Positions 1-13,811 of a DNA stretch of 64,000 nt are shown here, in pieces (the stretch's first letter is position 1; each line of letters opens with the position of its first letter). The DNA lies in NCBI GenBank assembly GCA_951406725.2, contig OX597817.1, positions 76,508,001 to 76,572,000 on the forward strand. The letters are read 5' to 3'. This DNA is from Octopus vulgaris. Its lineage: Eukaryota. The notes beneath the pieces were generated by a model, which saw only the letters and a program-made list of their open reading frames with translations, was not told where the DNA came from and made no database searches. The translations under genes and the position numbers were made by a program.

Positions 1-101
1 TGTCTACACCACCTGTCTTCGTCTTTTGTTTCTTTTTTTCTGTGAATTCTCCCTATGTATGTATATATGATTGTATATATATGTATTTATATATATATAT
101 A

Positions 102-288
102 TTTCTTTATTGCCCACAGAGGGCTAAACGCAGAAGACAAACAACAGGATCAAGTCGATTACATCGACCCCAGTGCGTAACTGGTACTTATTTAATCGAC
201 ACCGAAAGGATGAAAGCAAAGTCGATCTCGGTGGAAATTGAACTCAGAACGTAACGGCAGACGAAATACCGCTAAGCATTTCGCCCGA
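102..288 (-). mobile_element. tRNA-derived SINE, family A (5'-truncated copy)
   Basis: Reverse complement of the element at 48291-48521 (shares ...GTTCTGAGTTCAA, TTTGCTTTCATCCTTTCGG, AAGTACCAGTTACGCACTGGGGTCGAT and the GGGCAATAAAGAAAT tail). Confidence 0.9.
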
Positions 289-362
289 CACAGACTCACA
301 TGCCTGCTGACATGTGCCCTCGTGTGTATGTGTGTGTGTGTGTGTTTGTCTGTGTGTGTGTG

Positions 363-406
<44 letters not shown>

Positions 407-892
407 CGCACATGAACACAGATGATAATGGTCGTAGCTCCTATGGACGAAATATTTAATCTCAGAGTGCACAAAGATGCAACACTTTGTCGAAGCTATG
501 CCTTTACATTTATATGAAGTGAACAAGCTGCAAGAAGGGACTTCCAATATAGGACATAAAAATCTGGACCCGTCTGATAAAAAAAAAATGTACCCCACCA
601 TGGCTGACCTCGTTTTAAACATCAATAAACACTTTAAAATACATTTTTATTTTCTTCACAAATCTGTAGAACATATTTTCATCTCTTTTTCGTTTTCCTT
701 CTGTTCATTCATTGATTCATTGATTCATTCTTTCATTTTGTTCTTGCTTCTTGCTTTCATTCTCTTTTTCTTCTTCTTCATATTTCTGTTCTTACATATA
801 TTTTTCTTTCTCTTTCATATACTTCCCATCTTGTTCTCTTTCTTTCTTTCATTTTATTGATTCCTTTTTCCATTTTCCTTTCTATCTTCCCT

Positions 893-963
<71 letters not shown>

Positions 964-1156
964 CTCTCTGTCTCTGTCTGTCTGTCTGTCTGTCTGATCT
1001 CTCTCTCTCTCTTTCCTTCTATATCACCTCTCTTTATCTATATATCTTTCTTTTCCCTCTCTTCTCACTGTCAATCCGTTATTGTTTCTCTCTCCCTGTT
1101 TGTCTGTTTCTCTGTCTGTCTGTTTGTCTGTTTCTCTGTCTGTCTGTCTGTCTCTC

Positions 1157-1191
<35 letters not shown>

Positions 1192-1329
1192 CCACTTCTT
1201 TCTCTTTTCCTTCTGTTCCCTGTCTTACTACTTCACTATCTCACCGTTTTACTTCCCTAACTATTTGCTTACCTAACTGACTTGACGCCAAGGTAAACAA
1301 AGACTAACCAAACCGATAACGGCTCCTCA

Positions 1330-3826
1330 GTCTCTACCCCCCCCCCACCTCACGCACCTTAACACATAATCACCACCAACTCCAGAACAATCGCTGCAAC
1401 CGCCGCTACCGCCGCCGCCGTCACCATCACCACCAACAGCAACAACAACGACAACCGCAGCAGCAACAGCAGCAGTAGGAACAACAACAACAACAACAAC
1501 AACAATAGCAACAACAACAACTCTAAGAACAATCACACTAGAAATGTTAGTCTAATCTTTGTGAAATCACACCCAACTACTTTAAAAAATAAAGGATGTA
1601 TCGTGTATCTGCAAGATTTAGTCTTAGAAGATAAAAGAAAATGGAATGGTCACAGTTGGAATGCCTCCTGTTCATAACTGCTCTTTTAGGGCTAATCAAC
1701 AGAGCAAAATTTTATGACACCGCTACCACCACCACGACTACTACCACCTACCACTTACTACTAACACCGACACCACCATTATCAGCATCAAACCAAAAGA
1801 CCACCACCAACAATTCCACCACCAGCATCACCCGTCCTCACCACAAGCACTACAATGGGAACCGCTATCACTACCACTTCTACTACAGCCGCTACCAATA
1901 TTAAATCCATTATCAAAGCCATCACTACCAACAACACCACCATCAAGAACACTAACACCACCACCTCTATTAATGCCAAGACCGCCACCACATCAAGAAG
2001 CATCACCGCCACCATCAACACCACCACTACCAACAACAACAACAACCACCACCACCACCACTACCACCGCCACAACAACCACTAACACAATTACAACCAC
2101 CACAACTGCCAACACAACAGCGACCACCACCACATCTGCCACCACCATACTATCTCTTCCATACCAATCACCACCATAACTACTATCAAAAGAGCCACCA
2201 TCGCTACTGCTACTGCAACCAGAGCTATTATCACGACCACAACCACTACAAGCCATCACTAACTTCAGCAGCAGCACCACAACCACTCCTGCCACTACCA
2301 TCACTTAGCAGCATCAATACATCAACTCTACCATCGTCACAACCATCACTAACACCCATACTACAACTATGAGCACTGCCTTCATCACCACCACAACCAG
2401 AACTTTCACCTCCACTAACGCCATCACCGCCATAGCCCTCACCACCACACCACCATCACCATCATCATCACCACCACCACCACCACCACCACCATCACCA
2501 TCATCATCACCACCACCAACACCATTACCACCACAACCATCATCGTCACCATCGCCCTCACAACAACCATCACCACTACTACCCACACCACAACCACCAC
2601 TACCATAGTTACCACCACCATCACCACCACCACCCACTATCACTATCACCAGAACTCTCAACACCACCACCAACACCATCACCGCCATCGCCTTCACTAC
2701 ATCCAATAACACCACTACCACAACCACCATTACCATCACCACCATCAACATCACCACCACCACTACCACAACCATCACTGCCACCATCGCCCTCACAACT
2801 ACCATTACCATCACCACCCACACCACTAACACCCATACCACTACCACCCCTACACACTAGTAACACCCACACCACTATCACTCCAACACCACTAACATCC
2901 ACACCACTACCACCCACACCACAACCATCACTACAATGGTTACCACCACCATCACCATCACCACCACAGTCACCACCACCACCATCACCACAACCACCAC
3001 CACCACCACCCAGCATCACCACCACCACCACCACTACCAACATCAACACCACCAGCATCAACACCAGCATCATCACCATCACCACCATCACTACCGCCTT
3101 CACCCACATTCACACCACCATCACTGCCACCACTACCACCATCAACATCATCACTACAAAAACCACCGCCACCACCGCCACCATCGATCTCACAACAGCT
3201 ACCAGCGCCACCAGCACCACCAGCACCACAAGCAAAACCACCACCACCACCTACAACAACAACAACAACACCAGTAGCAACAACAGCAACAACATCAACC
3301 ACAAGCTTCTACAGTCATTACCTGACGGAATTTTTATATTTCCCTCAGGCTAAAACTAATTTCTACAACTGTTCCAAAGAAAACCGGCCGAGTTATTTTC
3401 TTTCCGGTAAATTCATTTAACATCATCATCGCCCTTCTCACCACCACCATCATCGGCATCATCATCGTCATCATCATCGTCACCACCATCATCATCATCA
3501 TCATCATCATCATTTTCATCATCATCATTATCTTCATCGACGTTATCCTCTTCGTCATCATCATGATCATCCTCATGATGATGATGATGATGATCATTTT
3601 CATAGTTGTCAACATCATCATAATCACCAAAATCACCACCATCACCACCACCATCATCATCATCATCATCATCATCCCCCTCATCCTCATCCCCCTCATC
3701 ATCATCATTTTCATCATCATCATTATCTTCATCGACGTTATCCTCTTCGTCATCATCATGATCATCCTCATGATCATAATGATGATGATCATTTTCATAG
3801 TCGTCAGCATCATCATAATCACCAAA

Positions 3827-3857
<31 letters not shown>

Positions 3858-4017
3858 TCATCATCGTCATCATCATCATCATCAATAAATGCATAAACAA
3901 GTAGAAAAAGCAGTAGTGGTAGTGGTGGTGTGTTGTTGGTGGTGGTGTTGACGGCAGCAGCAGTAGTAGTAGTAGCAGTAGCATAAACAATAGTAGTATT
4001 AGTATTTGTAGTAAAAT

Positions 4018-4067
<50 letters not shown>

Positions 4068-4151
4068 CTAACATCAAGTCATTAAACAACAAGAGAAAGG
4101 CGAAGAAACAGAGGTGGACGAGGGAGTGGAGAAGAATATGTAGTAGTATTT

Positions 4152-4185
<34 letters not shown>

Positions 4186-4270
4186 AACAGCAAAAGCAAC
4201 AACATCAACAACAACAACCGCAGCAGCAGCAACAACAACGAAAACAAAAGCAAAACTTGCAACATCAAAC
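1330..4270. repeat. Degenerate triplet-repeat field (CAC/CAA/CAT/TAG) with an internal ~140-bp duplication at ~195-bp spacing (about 3502-3640 and 3697-3838)
   Basis: Directly visible; it generates the poly-T/H/V/M ORFs. Confidence 0.9.
1535..1710 (-). repeat. Old dispersed repeat, unclassified; related pieces at about 13290-13720, 20730-20850, 24885-25080, 30610-30690 and 55770-55960
   Basis: Shared motifs such as TAGGGTGTG..GATTTRGCTGCTATTTCT and ATTCCRGCCRTGAC/GGTCACAGTTGGAATG recur in diverged form. Confidence 0.55.
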
Positions 4271-4400
4271 ATAAGATGATGCCCTAATTCTATTCACGCA
4301 TGGTTGACTTACGAGTCACCTTTCGGGTAAAACTGCGCCAAATTAAACACACCTGCACTGTTTCTACCATCAATCTTTAGAAAACACACTCAAGCACACG

Positions 4401-4461
<61 letters not shown>

Positions 4462-4613
4462 ACACACACTCTCACACACACATATATACAGGCGGGCGCT
4501 ACATACACAAACTCACATATGCACAAGCTGACTTACACTGCTCTATTACTCTCCAACACATGAAAACAACTATGTACGCATGTATATTTGTACGTATATA
4601 CATATATGAACAT

Positions 4614-4680
<67 letters not shown>

Positions 4681-4753
4681 TACACACACACACACGAACG
4701 CACATATACATACAATACATACATATATCTATATATATTTATGTATGTACGTG

Positions 4754-4802
<49 letters not shown>

Positions 4803-4832
4803 GTATATATACATTCATAGGGTACATACATT

Positions 4833-4899
<67 letters not shown>

Positions 4900-5072
4900 A
4901 ACGAGATGCGACGACCATACAGTCCCAGCCTTACCATATAAGATATGGCAGCCTCTGTGTAAACGTAGAACGTTTTTTGAAATAGTTAAGGCGGTGAATC
5001 AGCAGCGCTCCTCGTGCAGATCTATATAGCCTGAAGGGTATTATCTGTGTTGGGGCTTAATCAACAGTATGA

Positions 5073-5149
5073 ATACATACATACATACATACATACATAC
5101 ATACATACATACATACATACATACATACATACATACATACATACATACA

Positions 5150-5183
<34 letters not shown>

Positions 5184-5350
5184 CATACATGCATACATAC
5201 ATACATACATACATACACACACACATACATATATACATACATGCATATATACATACATACATACATATATACATATATACATGCATACATACATATATAC
5301 ATGCATGCATACATACATACATACATACATACATACATACAAACATACAT
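5073..5350. repeat. (TACA)n microsatellite
   Basis: Directly visible. Confidence 0.95.
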
Positions 5351-5481
5351 ACATATTTGTACAAGCATGCATAAATGCATAAATACACTCAAGCGTAAAA
5401 AAATTCAGCCTCAAATACATACGTATGTAAATGTATACATACATATATTACATGCGTACACACATACATACATAACATACG

Positions 5482-5532
<51 letters not shown>

Positions 5533-5637
5533 GTACTTACGTACAAATACATGTACGCATTATGCATGTATATCCGTGTTTGTATGAACGTGCAAATAAA
5601 AATATGTTAAATTACATATTACATTTTAAAATTACAT

Positions 5638-5979
5638 TTTAAACAAGGACAACGTTTCACAGTAAGACACAACTTCACATGCGCATCAGAAAACCTAGTA
5701 TATGTCTTAACTTGCTCGGGCTGTAATGAACACTACATAGGCCAAACAAAAAATAGCCTCCGCCAACGCATGACTGTCCACAGATCCCAAATAAAAATAC
5801 AGGAATATAGAAAAATAGCATTTAGTGCACATATTGATACCTGTGCCGCACAACTCCATCCCAATTTTAGAATCTTTCCCCTCTACAAATTTAAAGACAA
5901 TGCCACTCATACCCAGCGAATAACCATGGAATCCCACCTTATTAATAAATACAGACCACTTCTAAACACATGCCCCTAA
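5638..5979 (+). pseudogene. Penelope-like element GIY-YIG endonuclease domain (5'-truncated, frame still open)
   Basis: In-frame from 5638: FKQGQRFTVRHNFTCASENLVYVLTCSGCNEHYIGQTKNSLRQRMTVHRSQI...RITMESHLINKYRPLLN. It shows the LVY...CxxC..YIGQT..R.R..H GIY-YIG pattern and the conserved E and N of PLE endonucleases. Confidence 0.88.
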
Positions 5980-6794
5980 CACGAACCCACAACAAACACA
6001 CTTACACCTGCACACACCCTACACACACCTTTACCCAGATATTAACACCATGACACACACAAATATATGGTTCCACACATACACATAATTGAATACGGGT
6101 GCAAAACATCCAACACTATTTTTTGGAAATGGCTGTAAATATTGACTTCACACAAATACGTTGCTTCCCGATACAGGCACAAGGCCAGCAGAACTATAAA
6201 TATTGAAAATTGTACCCACACACACACACATATATACACGCGCGCGCGCCCCAACATACATATAAACACACACACGCGCGCGCGCGCACACACATACATA
6301 CATACAGCTCTCCCTGTTCTAAACGAACTTACTTATCCAGTCAAGCGGAAAATACACTCCCTAACTACGCGCTAAAAAGCTATTTAAGATATCCACATGA
6401 CGTCTACTGACCAGCCTGAACAATAAGAATTTTCAACAACACTATTTTCGAAAATTCTAAACATTCACGTGACCTCTTTATTATGGCCAATAAGAAATTT
6501 TAGGCGGGACACTAGCCAAATTTTAACTTCTCTGGAGCCTTTTTTCTTACCCCAACACCAACTTCCATTCAAACATTCACGTGACCCCTTCATAATGACC
6601 AATCAAAATTTTAGGCGCGAAACCAAGCAAATCCCAAACAACTCTGGAGCCTCTTTTTTTCACATATAAGAGACAGACTCTAATCTCTCTTTTATATTTT
6701 GATAAGCATAACAAATGCGCAACCGGTAAAAGAACTTTCACCTAATTAAATTACTTAAATTACTTCAACTATTTGTCAGCATTTTCTTCATTTC

Positions 6795-6797
<3 letters not shown>
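5980..6797 (+). mobile_element. 3' region of the Penelope-like element, with a ~110-bp tandem duplication (about 6459-6660) and a decayed hammerhead motif (about 6695-6732)
   Basis: It follows the GIY-YIG stop and ends in (TA)n. AAACATTCACGTGAC...CTCTGGAGCCT occurs twice. TTGATAA-GCAT/ATGC-GCAA-CCGGTA resembles CTGATGA-stemII-GAAA. Confidence 0.6.
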
Positions 6798-6880
<83 letters not shown>

Positions 6881-7204
6881 GCGTATATAGTTGTAGTGTT
6901 TATTTGTCAAGAACCTAAACAAAATCTCTCCCCCGCTCTTTCTCTGTATCAAACACAATATGTATGATCTCTATAGACTCGCAATGTCGCTCATGTCGTA
7001 GTTTGGAGTTCCACTAAATTATTACAATCTAATTTGGAGAGACACGTTCCTTATAAAATGAAGAATTATCAAGTAATCAACAATACTCAAAGATTGTCCA
7101 TCAAAAGCCCATTTTGGAAGTGTTTATTGCATATAACGTGCGACTTCATTACAAATACAGACAAATACAGACACAAACACACACACACACATATCATACA
7201 TATA

Positions 7205-7290
7205 TACGACGGGCTTCTAGTTTCCATCTACTAAATCCACTAACAAAGTTTTGGTCGGCCCAAGGGCTTAGTAAAAGACACTTGCGCAAG
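7205..7290 (-). mobile_element. SINE family B, left-half fragment
   Basis: Reverse complement of CCTTGGGCAAGTGTCTT...GAAACTGAAAGAAGCCCGTCGTA, seen in the 48923 copy. Confidence 0.85.
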
Positions 7291-7578
7291 GTTGTGTGTG
7301 TATGTATACATACATACATATATATATAACTCACCCAACAAGATCTCACTACTTGAACAAAACTTGACTTAAACAGGATTCGAATAATCCTATCAGGTGG
7401 TGCTATTAAGTTAGACATGGCCTGGACCAACCTTTGGTCGAAACATATCTAAGTTTTATCTAAGTTTATATATATATATATATTCTCTTATTTCATTATA
7501 TGTAAATCCCAACACTTGGTGTCTGTCTTTGTATTGCTCCCCTCATCCTTCGCCTTGGTGGCAAATAAAAGAAGATCC

Positions 7579-7830
7579 TTTCTACTATACATACAAGGTC
7601 TGAAATGTGTGTGTGTGTGGGGGAGGCAATCGATGTAATCGACCCCAGTACTCATCTGGTACTTACTTTATTGTTTCCGAACGGATGAAAAGCAAAGTCG
7701 ATTGCGCCGAGGTCGACTTTGTTTTTCATCATTTTGGGGTCGATAAACAAAGTATTAGTGAAACACTGGAGTCGATGTAATCGACTATTCCCTGTTCTCA
7801 AATTTCAAGTCTTGTGCCTAAAATATAAAT
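7579..7830. repeat. Two SINE-A core/3' fragments joined head-to-head (fold-back)
   Basis: About 7579-7702 is the imperfect reverse complement of about 7706-7830 (GATGAAAAGCAAAGTCGA / TCGACTTTGTTTTTCATC). Confidence 0.8.
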
Positions 7831-8011
7831 AATTTTTTAAAACTTCTTTTTCTAAGCCTTTCTATACTATTTATGTGTCCGTTCGTTTTCATTGTGACTC
7901 GTGTATACATACATTTAAAAAAAATATTTATCATTTCATTATATGTAAACGCACTCTTTATATCTTTCTTTGTATTGTCCACCTTATCCTTGGCCCTTGT
8001 AGCAAATAAAT

Positions 8012-8774
<763 letters not shown>

Positions 8775-8794
8775 TATTATTATTATTATTATTA

Positions 8795-8825
<31 letters not shown>

Positions 8826-8826
<1 letters not shown>

Positions 8827-8901
8827 GTCATTTACTTTTAATCTGCATGTTTGATGCAATCACCTGCCGGGGCACACCCAGCGCCCTAGGGCAAGTGAAG
8901 G
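8826..8901 (-). mobile_element. Probable extreme 3' end of a second (TAA)n-inserted retroelement
   Basis: 75 bp of complex sequence between two TAA arrays, running on the minus strand into (AAT)n like the neighbouring element. Confidence 0.5.
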
Positions 8902-8979
8902 TTATTATTATTATTATTATGAATATTATTATTGTTATTAATATTATTATTATTATTATTATCATCATCATTATTATCC

Positions 8980-9050
<71 letters not shown>

Positions 9051-9054
9051 ATTC

Positions 9055-9105
<51 letters not shown>

Positions 9106-9136
9106 TTTTTATTATCATTATTATCGTTATTATTAC

Positions 9137-9199
<63 letters not shown>

Positions 9200-9215
9200 C
9201 ATTATTATTATCATT
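8900..9215. repeat. (ATT)n/(ACT)n microsatellite
   Basis: Directly visible. Confidence 0.95.
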
Positions 9216-9225
9216 ATCGTTATGA

Positions 9226-9410
9226 GTTGGCAGAATGGTTAGCAGTGTTTCGTCTGACGCTACGTTCTGCATTCCAATTCCACCGAGGTCTCCTTTGCTT
9301 TTCATCCTTTCGGGGTCGATAAATTAAGTAAAAATGAAACAATATGGTCGATGTTATCGACTCATCCCTGACTCCAAAATGGCTGCCCTTGTGGCAAAAT
9401 TTGAAGCCAT
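9226..9410 (+). mobile_element. SINE family A, diverged
   Basis: GAGTTGGCAGAATGGTTAGCA...TTTCATCCTTTCGGGGTCGATAAATTAAGTA. Confidence 0.85.
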
Positions 9411-9412
9411 TA

Positions 9413-9456
<44 letters not shown>

Positions 9457-9961
9457 GTTGTTGTTGTTATTGTTATTATTATTATTGTTGTTGTTGTTGT
9501 TGTTATAAAAATTCCCTTGTCTTTAACTTTTCGGAGCATAGTACAATTTGTCATATAATACTTTAGATTCCCTCAAAATATGTTCTTGCCGACGGGTCAA
9601 AATGAAGATGAGATATTACTAAGCATGACGTACACATCTAGGGGGTAAAGACAACTGCACACATATGGCTTGTAGATGATAGTTTGTTTAAACACCATTA
9701 GTCGATTTTCATTTCATTTCTTCTGAGATTTCATATTTTCGCTCCAGCAAACAGCAACAGCATGTGGTGAGCAGGGGTACATGGTTCAAAATTTAAGGTA
9801 GCAAACATCGCATGTACAAAGACTCTCGGATACCAGAATCCAATAGTTGAGACATTCGAGATGGTTTTCAAGTAAAAGTAAGTGCATAAAAGTAAAATAA
9901 TGTAATTGCGGTAGACACACACACACATAATTGCGTGTGTAAGTAAAAGTATATGCATACA

Positions 9962-10071
<110 letters not shown>

Positions 10072-10136
10072 TTATATGAATATATATATTTATTTATTTA
10101 TTTATATATATGTATATGCATATACTCTTTACTATT

Positions 10137-10333
10137 CCATTTGTTTCAGTCATTTGACTGCAGCCATGCTGGAGCACCACCTATAGTCGAACAAATCGAC
10201 TCCATAAGTTATTCTTTGTAAGCCTAGTACTTATTCTATCAGTGTCATTTACCGAACTGCTACGTTACGGGGACTTAGACACACCAACATCAGCTATCAT
10301 GCGATGGTGGGAGACTAGCCCAGAAACACACAA
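10137..10333 (-). mobile_element. SINE family B, right-half fragment
   Basis: TTTCAGTCATTTGACTGCAGCCATGCTGGAGCACC...GTACTTATTCTATC is the reverse complement of the 3' half of the 48923 copy. Confidence 0.85.
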
Positions 10334-10544
10334 ACATATACATGTATGCATAAATATATACATGTAAATGTATATGTATGTAAATGTATATGTGTGTATA
10401 TATATATATTTATATGTATATATATATATAAGTATAACTATATATATATATATATATATTTGTATATATATATATATATATATCTATATCTGTATCTATA
10501 TCTATATGTCTATATATCTATATCGATATGTATATCGATATATA

Positions 10545-10620
<76 letters not shown>

Positions 10621-10708
10621 AACACACAGAGATATGTGGAAAGAAATGGGACAGATAAATCAAAATAAAGTGAGGTAGTGAGGTGCGCAGACAAACACTT
10701 GCATACAC

Positions 10709-10775
<67 letters not shown>

Positions 10776-11058
10776 ATAAATGCATAAAACTGCTCACGCG
10801 CGTATATTTGGTGGAGTTCAAATAAAGTGACACTGAGGAAGTCTGAGTAACACAGAGAGGACAGAGAGAAACTGGAGAGAGAGAGAAACTGAGAGAGAGA
10901 GAGAGGGAGAGACGTGAGGCAGAAGGAATGAACGAGAGTCTCATTGTGATATATATGAAACTTATATGAAACTATTCATCGACTTTTGATACAAGAATTT
11001 GCTTCTTTTCAAAAAATTAACAAGTCAAAGTTAGACCGTAACCAGTGCATGTCTTTTC

Positions 11059-11194
11059 ATTGGCAAAGCAAAATGTAAAGCTTTGTATAAGCTTTTTTGT
11101 ATTAAGTACTGGTTCTCACAAAAGTCACTTTTGTGACAAGCAGTACTTAACAGAACAAAGCTTATACAAAGCTTTACATTTTACTTTTGACAAT
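11059..11194. repeat. ~135-bp near-perfect palindrome (1-nt centre)
   Basis: AAAATGTAAAGCTTTGTATAAGCTTT...TCACAAAAGT-C-ACTTTTGTGA...AAAGCTTATACAAAGCTTTACATTTT. Confidence 0.9.
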
Positions 11195-11834
11195 CTTTTT
11201 CTAAAAAAGTGAAACCGGTCAAGGGTATAAACATCTTTAAATTGCATTTTCAAACCTTCTTCCATATATCTATATATATGCATTTTCAAATATATATATA
11301 TATATATATATATACTTAAAACTTAGCGTTTAGCCAATTATACATACATTGCAAAAGACATTCAAACACAATTAGATAGTTGTCAATTGATAACCAGTTA
11401 AGAATTTAGTCGGATAATATGACGAAAATTTTGAAATTTTGGAGACTGAACGATGGAGGAAAGAGAATAAGGCATTTAGACCGTAACCAGTGCGTGTCAT
11501 TTCATTGGCAAAATGACTGTCTCATTGTAACACGCTCTTACCCCCATCCCGTCTCTCTCTCTCTCTTTCATTTTCTATCACTTCTCGTTCTCTTTCTTTC
11601 TACACACATACAAACTCATACATGCAGAAACACACATACACATTCACAATCACTCGCACAAGTACACATGCAATCACATACACATACATATATGTTGCAC
11701 ATGAATATCTGTATTTTTTTTATTTAAAGAGAGCCAACATTTTTTGTCCTCCATTTCGATTATAGTCAATTAATGCTCGGGCATTGGATATCATGATTAT
11801 ATACGTGAAAGACCCCATTAAATACGTATATCTT

Positions 11835-11904
11835 TTTATTTTACTAAACCTAATCATAAACATGTGATCATTGGTAATGATTGATTTACACATGTAGCTT
11901 TATT
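11835..11904 (-). promoter_or_regulatory. Two candidate polyadenylation signals (AATAAA at 11899-11904 and 11835-11840)
   Basis: TTTATT on the plus strand, in unique sequence ~1.1 kb downstream of the candidate minus-strand stop at 13009. Confidence 0.35.
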
Positions 11905-12367
11905 GACATTTATGTAAATGTAGAAATTTATATTGCTTTATATGTATGTGAGTGTGTCTTTGTGTATTTGTGTGTATATAATATAGTCATTCAATCATGA
12001 ATTCATACACACATACTCCACCCACTCATACCATACCGTGATATTTATACATATATATATATATATATATCCATATATATATACATATACATACATAGAT
12101 GAATATATATCCACATATATATGTATATATATACATATATATACATATATGTATATCCACATATATATGTATATATATTCATATATATATACATATACAT
12201 GCATATATATATATATACTTCTCCACGCACAAATATATATATATATATATATACACCCATATATATAAATATACATATATATACACACATATTTATACAT
12301 ATATATAAACCTAAAAAATATATATATGTGTGTGTGTATATATATACATATATATCTACATACAAAC

Positions 12368-12412
<45 letters not shown>

Positions 12413-13008
12413 TAGGTATATATGTTTACATGTTTCTATGTAGGCATATATGTATGTTCGTACGTATTTATGTATGTGTATGGATATACATATATGCGCG
12501 TGTGTGTGTGTTTGTGTGTCTGTGTATGAATGTGGGCGTGTGTCTTGCTTACGTTGTAAACAATAAAACAAAGATATATGTCTTGCTGCCATAATCCCAT
12601 ATAATGAAGTTTATGGAATGTTTTTGCAACAAAGATTGTTTTTGTCTATGTCAACTAGAGTAAATAAATAAATAAATAAATAAAAATTGCAAAAAAAAAA
12701 ATAAGAAAAACGAAAATTAGTGGAAGTTTCTGTCAATAATTTTCTCTCTACCGCCTAAACAAAATAACATAATGAAAATAAAGAAAAATTAATTAAAAAT
12801 CAATTAATATTAAATCAATATTTCGACTAAATTTTATATTAATGTGACGCCAAACGGGATTGTAAATTGGCCAGTGTTTATGATTTGGGTGGTTTTTATC
12901 CCTCGCTTATCTTTGCCAGATATTTACCAGACGTAATAGATAAATAAAACGAACGTCGTGACCAACATTTCAGCGGTCTTTCTAGATAAGTTTAAGTTCA
13001 AATAAAAT

Positions 13009-13220
13009 TTAACTCGTCCTCAGGCGACATATAATAGTATTAGTTAAATAAAGCAGAAAGGCGAAAATCTGGAGGAAGCATGTAGTACAGGTTTTTAATT
13101 GAGGGACCCCGGAAGAGTCGAATTTAAAGTTAGCCCTGACGGGAGTTGAAATTGGAACGCAAAGGTGCGGAGGCTTAATCGTTTGTCGTAATTGATTTTT
13201 GATTTTGCCCCGGACCATTC
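13009..13220 (-). CDS. Candidate terminal coding exon of a host gene with a hydrophobic (GPI-signal-like) C-terminus
   Basis: Unique sequence. Acceptor TTTAAC-TATATATCTGTTCCATCAG|GA (AG at 13222-13221). The phase-1 frame reads (x)MVRGKIKNQLRQTIKPPHLCVPISTPVRANFKFDSSGVPQLKTCTTCFLQIFAFLLYLTNTIICRLRTS*. AU-rich unique sequence follows. An alternative frame stops at 13095. Confidence 0.45.
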
Positions 13221-13341
13221 CTGATGGAACAGATATATAGTTAAAAACATTTCATTTCTGACAAACCTGTCTATGCCCGATATACAGAAAATCCAGAGCC
13301 ACATTGTCTAGTGTATTCTTTTTATAAGACAGTAGGGTGTG

Positions 13342-13651
13342 AAGATGTATGACTCAGTAGTTAGAACGTTGGGCTCACGATCATGATGTTGTGAGTTTGA
13401 TTCCTGGACCGGGCTATGAGGTGTGCTCTTGAACAAGCCACTTCATTTCACGTTGCTCCAGTTCACTTAGCTGTAGAAATGAGTTACAATGCTACTGGTG
13501 TCAAGCTGTATCAGTTTTTGTCTTTCCCTTAGATAACATCGGATAAAATCTGCTTGTCTGCCATAAACAACCTTGCTCTGACTTGTGCCTAGTAGAACTT
13601 TCTATATGCAATCTCATGGTCATTCATGACCGAAGGGGGTCTTTTACCCTT
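13342..13651 (+). mobile_element. tRNA-derived CORE-type SINE (family D) with 10-bp TSD
   Basis: A-box-like TGACTCAGTAG, B-box-like GAGTTTGATTCC, CORE-like CTTGAACAAGCCACTT...CACTTAGCTGTAGAAATGAG. TSD GTAGGGTGTG at 13332-13341 and 13652-13661. Confidence 0.85.
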
Positions 13652-13811
13652 GTAGGGTGTGGCATGAATTAGATTTAGCTGCTATTTCTTACAGTTCGGG
13701 CGATTACGTAGAGGCTCCAGTGCTTCTCAAACATTACTTTGCCATCACCTTTTCTACGCCTACTTGATATGTTACAGCAAAATTAAATACACATTTAAAT
13801 ATACAGACGTA

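Noticed and set aside
3316-4380. Minus-strand donor-like sites at 3322 (CAG|GTAATG) and ~4311 (CTC|GTAAGT)
   Set aside because: The acceptors are weak and the peptides are short and unrecognisable; indistinguishable from chance.
10670-10690. let-7-like TGAGGTAGT; also partial miR-153-like (~11125), miR-137-like (~34550) and miR-219-like (~60728) matches
   Set aside because: Only short partial matches; the remainder of the mature sequence and a proper precursor are absent.
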